Under the pieces are notes generated by a model, which searched no databases, had not been told where the DNA came from, and was given only the letters and a program-made list of their open reading frames with translations. DNA of 64,000 nt from an uncultured Chitinophagales bacterium (GTDB lineage Bacteria; Bacteroidota; Bacteroidia; Chitinophagales; CAZNGA01): contig CAZNGA010000003.1 in assembly GCA_964572485.1 (NCBI GenBank), forward strand, positions 9,591-73,590, read 5' to 3'. Of the stretch, positions 30,201 through 38,447 are shown one piece after another (position 1 is the first letter of the stretch; each line of letters opens with the position of its first letter). The position numbers were made by a program, and so were the translations under genes.

Positions 30201-31181
30201 TGAATTACCATCAAATACTACGGTACCTGATGCCTCATTAAATGAACCGGTATTGACCCAATTGCCTCGAAGGTATATGGTATTACTATTTGAATAAAAT
30301 GGCCCACTATTTAGGATCAGGTCGCCATTTATAAAAATATTTGCCATAAGATTTTTGATCCCACTACTTTCCAGGATAAGGTTATAGTAATTATTGCCTA
30401 ACGCTGTCTTAATATTCTGCGATACAGCACCATAATATCTGATATTATTGCCAGTGGCACTTGCATTCAACTTTCCGGTGGCAAGCAAAATGCCACGTAT
30501 ATTCAAAGTACTATTACTAGCATTGATCCAAATTGCAGAAGCACTTTGCCCAATGATATCACCTCCAACAGTGATTATTCCTTTATTAGTAACGGTTACA
30601 CCAGGATAAATAGTTATAGTACCAAATGCTTTAGTTAGATTTGAAGAAGCAACGATGGTCTTATTTCCATTCATTATTGCAAGGTCAGCTTCATGAATAG
30701 TGCCAATGCCTCCAATACTAGTGTTGATCCCTGTTAAAGCAGTAACGATACCTCCCATGCTTACATGATCGCCATCAACTATATAGTCGCCTGTAATGGT
30801 GATCTGACGTTTATTATTATATAACAGTGATCCGGATTTTATGAGAAGATCATTGACAACGGTGTTGGTTCCCAATGATACTTTATGGCCGCTCGAGATC
30901 ACCACATTGTCTGAAGAAGTAGGGATGCAACCACAATCCCAGGTTGTTTTAGCTGTCCACAATCCACCTTGCACTGAAACGATAGTGGCCTGCCCGTAAG
31001 AAAATAAGGTGAGGAGGGAAAAAAACCCCGTTAGAAAATAGACCTTGCTATTACGAATAATCGGTAACCCTGCTTTTTTTAATTGGTCATTAGTCATATT
31101 CCAAGCATTGCCACTCTCTAACGGGGAAACAACGGGCATAAAAAAAATTGCTCTTTTAATGAGGTAAAGTATTTCTTTCAT
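27258..31181 (-). CDS. T9SS type-A CTD protein, tandem paralog A2
   Basis: 1307-aa ORF with the same architecture as A1 (WTAKTTWDCGCIP and SGEWNDVSTWNCKCVP openers, two Ig-like domains, core module, LPIELLTF domain, CTD). The hydrophobic signal segment VYFLTGFFSLLTLFSYGQA starts about 45 aa into the ORF, so the true start may be the ATG at 31097. Confidence 0.85.
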   Translation of the reverse strand: MKEILYLIKRAIFFMPVVSPLESGNAWNMTNDQLKKAGLPIIRNSKVYFLTGFFSLLTLFSYGQATIVSVQGGLWTAKTTWDCGCIPTSSDNVVISSGHKVSLGTNTVVNDLLIKSGSLLYNNKRQITITGDYIVDGDHVSMGGIVTALTGINTSIGGIGTIHEADLAIMNGNKTIVASSNLTKAFGTITIYPGVTVTNKGIITVGGDIIGQSASAIWINASNSTLNIRGILLATGKLNASATGNNIRYYGAVSQNIKTALGNNYYNLILESSGIKNLMANIFINGDLILNSGPFYSNSNTIYLRGNWVNTGSFNEASGTVVFDGNSDQVVKCLFGQSYYNLRVEKLSGKVSLGCTDTVKNLLTMNSGDIDVGSGKLVLGTDTINDGTLIHISGNIIGKFERWIKSPLVTYQFPIGTSTDSRETSIGFSSMSSGSIIVEFIEFAPGNNGLPVVDGTDTLNNTFSEGYWEVTPMNSFVGNNYNVALGGFGFSSFPIDSSTKVLFRPSSSDPWSANGSHGTVLAPFVSRIGLTTIGQLTFGDTSNCAGPSTSMITGIDSTCKNSLGIPYSVTNTLGSTYAWTVSGGTIVSGQGTNNITVDWGGIGMIGEVEVVESNNCTNGSPVNLPVSIHPFTTSSITGKENVTENTTGEVYSISGITGYTYDWTVMLGTIVSGQGSNSITVDWGAAGTGKVIVDGSNGCGTADTISLNVNIYVPINSVKSGEWNDVSTWNCKCVPSASSNVRVMKKHKIKLKAATVVNHLEIVAGGEIDDEGKTMDVKGDLTVDGEYSGSATLTLSGSGTIIDGIGKITNKGNLEITDGDKTILSSAYLTKTRKMIIIKDAYTITNYGNILLYGDIIGTNVNSIWINEVNSSVNIKGAFLLTGKLIASASGNLVNYSGSGTQSVKQPNANTYYRLSVDKPGNDLTLTSDINTTELNLSSGNLVLDNNNLTIKDQGNITGGSSLSYIEADGSGYVIKEFSDTGVFTFPIGDITNYSPFTFDLNSATFFGGDGVAIKVIDAKHPTITSADYISRYWTMTWSGLLSMNFDVSYTYVSGDIVGTEIGMITYVWDGSSWTIHDVVDEVTNTFQTSGGISAPFPGILQFTGGSGSPLPIELLTFDAEVNEQAVDVAWTTATEINNDYFIVERSQDGMDFYGIGMVFGVGNSYVPSNYALTDNHPLQGTSYYRLMQVDKDGRASYSDVVAVTLSDIPVPMVKVYPNPVVDGKLNLGILGFQNKEMLVILLDHLGREVFTRMMLVESDNILTGIDVGSKLPSGVYFVISSSDNYIFKQKVILTNSYSEDIFVGNK

Positions 31182-31225
31182 AAATATATTTTTAAGTAGA
31201 TTCAGTTTTCCAATTTGTTCTATTT

Positions 31226-31318
31226 CTTACATACGTAAGGGACCAGTAACAATTCGATTTAATTTGACCAAACCTATGTACATCAAGTTAAGTGAACTTT
31301 ATTTAGGGATGAATGGAC
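31226..31318. promoter_or_regulatory. three-box upstream module of A2 (21/39 spacing)
   Basis: CTTACATACGTAAG (31226-31239), a 21-nt gap, AATTTGAC (31261-31268), a 39-nt gap, then GATGAATGGAC (31308-31318). Confidence 0.55.
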
Positions 31319-31564
31319 AAAAAAGTAAGATTAAACGGCCGAAACCTATACGATTGGCTATACCAAGACTTTACAATCCAACCTGGATATTCTGCTATAT
31401 CTATTAAGTCGATTCAAAGGGCTTAGATCAGCCACAATAAGTACCATTTACATAGGTAAGGATGATCTAGTTTTCCAATGATCTATCGATGCATGGATAC
31501 AATATAAGATCAGGTGTGACTTGGGAAATAAGTTGTGTTAGAGGGTAGTCATTGAAAGGAACAT

Positions 31565-34500
31565 TTATTTTGTAGAACCTTCTTCGCTTGTTGAGACAAC
31601 CAATTTTTGCTTGTACACAAAATTGTTACATTTTGCAACAACACAATATATGCCTGCGGTGAGCTGGCGAGCCATATCCATACATTTTATAAAGCCATCA
31701 TTTTCAGGCTTTTTCGTTATTGAATATACCTCCCTGCCTAAATGATCAAGTAATGTGATCGCCACTTCAACATCTTTGGCAAGGTTTTCAATTTCAATTC
31801 TCAAACTGACATTCTTATTGATCGGGTTTGGATAAACTCTTATCGAGGTTTGAGAAGACCTTGTAAAAATAACACTTACAATTTCAGAATATTCATAGCT
31901 ACCATTCTTGTCCACTTGTTTCAAACGATAATATGAGAGTCCGATGTAAGGATCACCATCCAGACTATAATATTTTGTTAATGTGTAACTATTTCCTACC
32001 CCACTGACTTTAATAATATCTTCAAAATCTGTTCCATTATAGCTTCTTTGTACCATGTAATAGTCATTATCAATTTCTATAGACGTAGACCATTCCAGAG
32101 CTACTTCATCAATTAATCCTTTAGCAGTAAAGCTAATAAGCTCAATGGGCAATAATGCACCGCCACCACCGGTAAAGTCTTCCTCATCCGGCTCAGTGGT
32201 TATGCCTGCAGAGGTAAACAATGTATTGCTTGGAGCGATCACAGGTTCGTAAGAGGTCCAACCCCCATCCCATCTCTGAGAGAGGAAGGTATTCTCTGAG
32301 CCAACAATATCAGCATCTACATATTGATAGGTGGCATCATAGTTTATGGCATTAACATCATGAATTTTAACTGTCCAATATCTTGTAATATACCCTGTTG
32401 ATGCCATATTAGGATGTTTAGCATCTGTCACATTCACATGCATTCCGGCAGGTTTTGAGCCTCTAAAAACTGTACCGGGATTCAAAGTGTACCAGAATGG
32501 GGAAAAATCATCTACATCCCCAACAGGGAAAAAGTAGGTCCCCAAGTTGTAGGTTCTTCTCTTAAAATCACCACCGCTATCTGCCTGCACATAACTATTT
32601 ACGTCACCACCTATTACATCCCCTCCTGCCATGATCCTGAAGTTATTGGATCCTAAAATAAGTTTACCACTGGTTAATGTCAAATTCATCGCATTCATAC
32701 CTTTTGTTATTCTAGCATTTCCAGCCAACTTGTTAATGATCACATTATAGTAATCTTTTGAATTTGGCCTTTTGACGATCTGGTTGGTAGCACCTGAATA
32801 TTCAACAGTATTATTGTAGCTATTTGCCTTAAGATCTCCGAGATAGCGGAGCAATTGGCCTTTGCAATTCAGGTAACTGCCTGCTGCATTGTCCCAAGTT
32901 GCATTTTGATTATTTGTAGTAAGGTCGCCTTCCAAAGTAATAGTACCCAAATTTGTAATTGTAATGTTACCATCCATATAAAGCGTATTTGAGGATTTGG
33001 TTAAAAACGCTGATGATAGAATTGTTTTATCGCCTCCTGTTATTCTTAACAATCCGGAATTCGCAATTTGACCGGTACCATCAATATTGGCACCAGCTCC
33101 ACTTAACAACAGTTCTCCAACACCGAGGAAAAATCCATCTATAGTTAGGTCACCTGTTACTTCCAGGTCAACGGCATTTAAACTCAGTACCCCTCCGGCT
33201 TGAATTTCAAAATGATTTACAGTTGTATTTTGAAATACATCCACTACATGAGTATTCATTATTTTTACATTGCTGCTTACTAAGGGGACACAACTACAAT
33301 TCCAGGTATTGAAATCACTCCACGCCCCTGTTTGCACGCTGATAATTGGCACATAAATATTGATCTCCATACACATAGTATCTGCAAGTCCACAGCCATT
33401 TGAGCCGATAACACATACAGCGCCAATCGCTGCAGCCCCCCAATCAATAATTGCAGTACCTGTTCCTTGCCCCGCAACTACTGCCCCTCCTACAACACTC
33501 CATGTATAATTATACCCCGGAGCTCCAACGATATTATAAGGTTCACCCAAAGTAAACTCCGAAACATTTTCTTTTCCAGTTATGTCCGTAGTACTAAAGG
33601 GATGAATATTCACCGGATAGGCAACTGAAGCACCCCTGGTACAAGAATTAGTTTCATATACTGTAACTCCCCCAACCATACCCGTATTTCCCCAGTCAAC
33701 CATGACAGCATTAGTGCCCTGACCAAATGTCACGAGGCCACCAGTAGCCATCCATGTATATGTTGACAAAGGAGTGTTAACTACAGAATATGGAATTCCA
33801 AAAGCGTTTAGACAAACGCTGTCCGCCCCTGCAATTGGAGATGTAACCGGACCTGTGCAATTGGCAGAGTCACTAAAAGCAAATTGTGCAGGAAGCATAT
33901 TAACTCCATCTCGTTTTGTTGTTTGTCCAACAGCAGATGAGTGGATGCCATTTGCAGTCCATGCGCTAGCATCATTCAATCTGGTAAGTACTCTGGTCAT
34001 TGGGATAATAGGGAAACTTGTATACCCATTTCCTGAAAACTCTACATTATAATCAAAACTTAACAATCCATTTGATGCTGAGAGGTCCCAATAACCCTCT
34101 ACAAATGTATTATTTAATGTAACTGTATTATCAAGCAAAGGTAAGCCATTTATTCCCGGTGGAGTTTCGTTATATTCAACGGTAAGTAAGCCACCTGTTA
34201 TCGCATTGAATGTTACCATAGCCGGGTAATAACTTGTTGCAATACCGATGGGAAACAAATATCCTGAGCTAAGTGTATTTACCCAACGGGCCAATCTTCC
34301 GATGATCACTCCCGAAAAGTAGGTTAGGTTTCCTTCATTGGCAATGGAAGTACCTAGGATCAGCTTCGTGGTGTCAGTGTTGATATTTCCTACCATCATT
34401 TCAAGATGGTTAATTACGGTCACTTGATTTTGCAAGATCAAATCACCCATCGGCTTTTCCACCCTTAGATGATAAAATACTTCGCCTTGATTATTAGTAA

Positions 34501-35374
34501 TTGTTTGGTCAGATAATCCATTCATGATCACTGATCCATTTGAATTGACAAAAACGCCCGTATTGAGCCAATCGCCTTTTAAATACATTGTAAACCCACC
34601 CAGGTCAAAAGTCGAACTGTAGATAACAAAATCACCGTTGATTGTGACATCAGAACCTAGGGTCTTAACCCCTGAGGCCTCCAAAAACAAGTTATAATAG
34701 GTACTTCCAATTGTATTATTGATCTGTTGACTGTCTACTCCATAATATCTTACGGTATTGCCCGGGGATGTGGCATCAAAGACACCATTTGTTTCAAATA
34801 CTGCACCCCCAATATTTAATGTTGCATTAACCCCGTTGACCCATTGTGAAGTTGGATCAACACCTGTAAGGACACTACCGATGGTTATTGTGCCTAGATT
34901 ATTAACAATTACACCTGATTTAACAGATACGATTCCAAATGCTTTTGTAAGTCTCGCTGTTGCGAGAATTGTTTTATTGCCACCGCTTAATCTTAGTTCG
35001 GCAGAATGTATGGTCCCGATTCCACCAATATTGGTTCCAATTCCTGTTAATTCAGTCCTGTCGTTTCCAACATGGTCTCCGTTTATGATATAATCGCCTG
35101 CCACTGTTAATACATATGAATTATTATTGAGGAGGCCGCCGGCATTTATGGTTACACTATTTATCATTACCGAATCAGCAAGTCTTACTTCGTGACCATT
35201 ACCAATGATCACATCATCTGTAGGTGCGGGTACACAATTACAATCCCAGGTGGTCGTATTGATCCAACTCCCACTCTGAATTGAATTTGCCACAATAGCA
35301 TGTGCGTTGATCGCAAAAAGCATTATCGCTAATAAGGATATTACCCTTTTTAGTGATTGATAAAAAGTGCTCAT
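31565..35374 (-). CDS. T9SS type-A CTD protein, tandem paralog A3
   Basis: 1269 aa with signal peptide LLAIMLFAINAHA. Openers SGSWINTTTWDCNCVP and TGAWSDFNTWNCSCVP. Two Ig-like domains, core module (YVQADSGG..FPVGD..FSPF..KHPN..ITRYW), LPIELISF domain, and CTD RVYPNPI...GIYCVV. Confidence 0.9.
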   Translation of the reverse strand: MSTFYQSLKRVISLLAIMLFAINAHAIVANSIQSGSWINTTTWDCNCVPAPTDDVIIGNGHEVRLADSVMINSVTINAGGLLNNNSYVLTVAGDYIINGDHVGNDRTELTGIGTNIGGIGTIHSAELRLSGGNKTILATARLTKAFGIVSVKSGVIVNNLGTITIGSVLTGVDPTSQWVNGVNATLNIGGAVFETNGVFDATSPGNTVRYYGVDSQQINNTIGSTYYNLFLEASGVKTLGSDVTINGDFVIYSSTFDLGGFTMYLKGDWLNTGVFVNSNGSVIMNGLSDQTITNNQGEVFYHLRVEKPMGDLILQNQVTVINHLEMMVGNINTDTTKLILGTSIANEGNLTYFSGVIIGRLARWVNTLSSGYLFPIGIATSYYPAMVTFNAITGGLLTVEYNETPPGINGLPLLDNTVTLNNTFVEGYWDLSASNGLLSFDYNVEFSGNGYTSFPIIPMTRVLTRLNDASAWTANGIHSSAVGQTTKRDGVNMLPAQFAFSDSANCTGPVTSPIAGADSVCLNAFGIPYSVVNTPLSTYTWMATGGLVTFGQGTNAVMVDWGNTGMVGGVTVYETNSCTRGASVAYPVNIHPFSTTDITGKENVSEFTLGEPYNIVGAPGYNYTWSVVGGAVVAGQGTGTAIIDWGAAAIGAVCVIGSNGCGLADTMCMEINIYVPIISVQTGAWSDFNTWNCSCVPLVSSNVKIMNTHVVDVFQNTTVNHFEIQAGGVLSLNAVDLEVTGDLTIDGFFLGVGELLLSGAGANIDGTGQIANSGLLRITGGDKTILSSAFLTKSSNTLYMDGNITITNLGTITLEGDLTTNNQNATWDNAAGSYLNCKGQLLRYLGDLKANSYNNTVEYSGATNQIVKRPNSKDYYNVIINKLAGNARITKGMNAMNLTLTSGKLILGSNNFRIMAGGDVIGGDVNSYVQADSGGDFKRRTYNLGTYFFPVGDVDDFSPFWYTLNPGTVFRGSKPAGMHVNVTDAKHPNMASTGYITRYWTVKIHDVNAINYDATYQYVDADIVGSENTFLSQRWDGGWTSYEPVIAPSNTLFTSAGITTEPDEEDFTGGGGALLPIELISFTAKGLIDEVALEWSTSIEIDNDYYMVQRSYNGTDFEDIIKVSGVGNSYTLTKYYSLDGDPYIGLSYYRLKQVDKNGSYEYSEIVSVIFTRSSQTSIRVYPNPINKNVSLRIEIENLAKDVEVAITLLDHLGREVYSITKKPENDGFIKCMDMARQLTAGIYCVVAKCNNFVYKQKLVVSTSEEGSTK

Positions 35375-35397
35375 AGTTTTCCCATTTAATACTATTT

Positions 35398-35469
35398 CTT
35401 ACATACGCGAACATTCCGGATAAATCCGAGTAAATTTGACGGAAGTGGTGGTAATTTCGATGAATGGAC
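35398..35469. promoter_or_regulatory. three-box upstream module of A3 (21/18 spacing)
   Basis: CTTACATACGCGAA (35398-35411, right half degenerate), a 21-nt gap, AATTTGAC (35433-35440), an 18-nt gap, then GATGAATGGAC (35459-35469). TAAATTTG at 35431-35438 matches TAnnTTTG on the plus strand. Confidence 0.55.
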
Positions 35470-35767
35470 CTATTCCTATGGTTAATAGCCTATAAGGTTG
35501 GATAAGGCACTTAAGCTCAATGACTGCAAGGTATTAAGGCAGTACATCATCACTTCAATACTCTTATACATAATAGGTAAGCACAGGGGAAGGGCCTACT
35601 AATGATCACTTCGGATCTGATACACAAGATAAATATCGCGGACTAAATTAGAAGTAGGTGTATTTGTAATATTTGAAACTTAGGGTAAGTACAATACAAA
35701 AAAATGCCCACATCGATTCACCTTCAGGTAGGATGCAGACATTTAAAGTTTTAATATGCTTTGTAGG

Positions 35768-38296
35768 TTATTGCTTGGCAATTGAAGAAGAGGAATTGCC
35801 TGAAACGACGATTTTTTGATAATAATAATTATTGTTATTGCTTCCATAGACAAAATATACGCCAGGTTTTAATTTGCTATTAATTACAAGCGTTTGAAAC
35901 ACCTTTTTATCAGTTGGCATCATAACTTTAGTATAGATATGTTTTCCTGATTGATCAATCAAATTTACAAGGACCTCTTTTTGAGAATCAAAACCATCAA
36001 ATTCAATATTAAAAGGTTGACCTGCAATAACAGGGTTTGGATAAATCTTTATGCCCGGCAGATCAATATGGTTCATATTGACAGATACCGGTGAAAAGTA
36101 TTTGTAATATCCATCAAAATCGGTTTGCTTCAATCGATAATAACTAATGCCGTAATAAGGAGTTTGATCGGTAAAAGTATAATTAGTTGAAATATATGAA
36201 GTTCCTTGTCCATAAACTTGTCCGATCTCTTCATAAACAACACCATCATCCGAATGCTCAAGTGTAAAGTAATCATTATTGATCTCAACTGCTGTCGACC
36301 AGGTCAGTGATACTTTATGGCCTACTATTTCAGCATTAAATCCAAGCAGTTCTATTGGTAAAATCGATCCGGCACCTCCACCTGTAAATCCATCGTTGGC
36401 AGGGATCTCACTGATACCTGTAGTATTGGATAGTGTATTTGTTGGTAGAGTAGCAGAATTATATGATGCCCAGGCACTTCCATCCCATCTTATCCCTAAG
36501 AGGTTGCTCTCGGATCCTACAATATCTGCATTTACATACACCGATTTATAGGTAAAGTTAATTGCCGAGAATCCACCACTATTTACATTCCATACTCTGG
36601 TGATATGAGCAGCGCCTGCATTTATATTAGGATGTTTTTCATCAGTGATATTTACGGACATGAAATCACCTCCGCCAAATGTGGTTCCTCCAATCAACTC
36701 TACCCAAAAAGGGGAATATTCATTATTATCCCCTACCGGATAATTGAATGGATTATTGAGTGCATCCATATTTTTGATCATTACACCTGCATTATCTGCT
36801 TGCACATAACTTGAAGCACTTTCATTGGACGATGTGGCATTGACGTCCATAGTCATATCATTTGACCCTAATACGATATCCCCAAGAGTAAGATCGAGGG
36901 TACGAGAAACTGTGATATCTGTATTCAATGATACATCACCACTTGAATTATTGATGGTCAGGTCATAATAGGTTTCACTAACACCATTGACAGTTTGGGC
37001 CGCTGCGCCATCGAATGTCATCATAGCACTTTGCTCATTGAAGGTACCATTGTCTGTCCAGTCACCTGCAAGAGTGATACTATAGTTGTTGGCAACATCT
37101 GCATCCAAAGTAGTGGAAGCTACTATCAACAGGTCGCCATCTACATTAATGTTTCCTACAAGTGTCTTTGTTGCTCCTCCTGAAAGTGTTATGTTGCCAT
37201 AGGGCTCACTATTTGATGGATTGGGAACACTTTGTGCACTAGTGGCAGCAAAATTCACTGTACTGTTAACATGGATATTATGATATGCAGTACTCGATGT
37301 TTGCAACATACCTCCTGTGGCATCTGTGGTTGTAGAATAATAAGTGGCGCCATCGGCAATTTCAAAAACCTTCCCATTCTTCAATTCAATACTGAATCCG
37401 CCGGAGTTCATTTGTCCGCTTTGGATTCGGATGCTGTCATCAACTCTATTCTTTACATCGGAGATACTAATATTTGCATCTAAAGTTACACCTGCCGCAT
37501 TATTAATTTCTATATCTCCATACAGCCACAAATTAGTGAATGAATTTCCATAATCGATCATGGATAGGGTTTGTGGTGATGTACCGTTGAAATTCACTAC
37601 TGTATTCACCTCACAATCCAGATCGCCATAGTTACCGGCTGCGCTTCGGTCAAAATTTCCTGCAATATTCAATATCCCAAAATCATTCATATTGATCTTT
37701 GAATTTCCCACTTGAGCTCCGGTATATATAATATCACCTCCAACTGTGCATATCGCATTTCCTTGAATTTTGAGTTCCGCTTTTTGATTACCATCTGTCC
37801 ACAGTAATACATCACCGACTACGGTCAATGTGCCATCTTCCTTCACATCAACTTTAGCATCATCCTGAGTATGATATGCTTTTAAAATCAAATCTCTTCC
37901 AATGGACACAGTTCCAGGGCTGGCAGTTTGCCCTAGTATCTCTATTAATGCCTTATGTTTGTAGTTGACCCCTCTTAATAGAACACCATTGGTTACAGTG
38001 AGGTCGCCATTATTATCTATAATTATCCTGGAATCCTTAGCGGAGCCACACATCACATGAATAGAATCGCAAGTTTCAGTTGAATTGACAGTAACAATAT
38101 ATCCCCCCTCAATTACAGCGATATCCCCACTCCCCGGGACAGATGCTCCTGAACCACCACCTGAAGTTGCTGACCAGGTGCCGGTACTGCTCCAATTACC
38201 GGTAGCCACTGAATAGCGTGTGGCTGCCTGGAGAAACATTGTGCAAAAGAAGATGATCAAGGTGATCAAAAAGAGAATAGTAGAGATCTTTTTCAT
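35768..38296 (-). CDS. T9SS type-A CTD protein, tandem paralog B1 (single module)
   Basis: The ORF extends to 38404. The ATG at 38296 gives signal peptide MKKISTILFLITLIIFFCTMFLQA. Opener TGNWSSTGTWSATSGGGSGASVPGSGD. Core YVQADNAG..YPVGD..YSPF..KHPN..ITRVW. LPIELLGF domain. CTD KIYPNPV...GVYFVY. Confidence 0.85.
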   Translation of the reverse strand: MKKISTILFLITLIIFFCTMFLQAATRYSVATGNWSSTGTWSATSGGGSGASVPGSGDIAVIEGGYIVTVNSTETCDSIHVMCGSAKDSRIIIDNNGDLTVTNGVLLRGVNYKHKALIEILGQTASPGTVSIGRDLILKAYHTQDDAKVDVKEDGTLTVVGDVLLWTDGNQKAELKIQGNAICTVGGDIIYTGAQVGNSKINMNDFGILNIAGNFDRSAAGNYGDLDCEVNTVVNFNGTSPQTLSMIDYGNSFTNLWLYGDIEINNAAGVTLDANISISDVKNRVDDSIRIQSGQMNSGGFSIELKNGKVFEIADGATYYSTTTDATGGMLQTSSTAYHNIHVNSTVNFAATSAQSVPNPSNSEPYGNITLSGGATKTLVGNINVDGDLLIVASTTLDADVANNYSITLAGDWTDNGTFNEQSAMMTFDGAAAQTVNGVSETYYDLTINNSSGDVSLNTDITVSRTLDLTLGDIVLGSNDMTMDVNATSSNESASSYVQADNAGVMIKNMDALNNPFNYPVGDNNEYSPFWVELIGGTTFGGGDFMSVNITDEKHPNINAGAAHITRVWNVNSGGFSAINFTYKSVYVNADIVGSESNLLGIRWDGSAWASYNSATLPTNTLSNTTGISEIPANDGFTGGGAGSILPIELLGFNAEIVGHKVSLTWSTAVEINNDYFTLEHSDDGVVYEEIGQVYGQGTSYISTNYTFTDQTPYYGISYYRLKQTDFDGYYKYFSPVSVNMNHIDLPGIKIYPNPVIAGQPFNIEFDGFDSQKEVLVNLIDQSGKHIYTKVMMPTDKKVFQTLVINSKLKPGVYFVYGSNNNNYYYQKIVVSGNSSSSIAKQ

Positions 38297-38447
38297 AATT
38301 GTTGCTTTGTTATTATAGTTTACGTTTTGACCAAATCCTTGTTTCGAATTGGCCTCCTGACTTATTAGTCGGTTTACTATCGCTGATAAATGGTCGTTAT
38401 TCATAAATAAATGGTTGGTATTATATAGTTACTATACTATCAACTCT

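Noticed and set aside
31309-31426. 32- and 37-aa plus-strand micro-ORFs starting at the box3 ATGs in the A2 spacer, considered as real small genes.
   Set aside because: The corresponding ORFs at A1, A3, B1 and LytTR2 are 6-13 aa with unrelated sequences. Only the ATG-containing box is conserved, not a peptide. They are mentioned only as part of the orientation puzzle.
35678-35690. ACTTA-GGG-TAAGT palindrome in the distal A3 spacer, considered as another box1 copy.
   Set aside because: The half-site spacing (3 nt) differs from the N4 architecture, and the position (about 300 nt upstream of A3) differs from all other copies. It is probably chance in AT-rich DNA.
38297-38404. An N-terminal 36-aa extension of B1. 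The 28-aa extension of paralog C at 41731-41814 is a similar case.
   Set aside because: The extensions lack signal-peptide character, and internal ATGs give textbook signal peptides. In paralog C the extension would include the box1 site. They are kept only as alternative starts.
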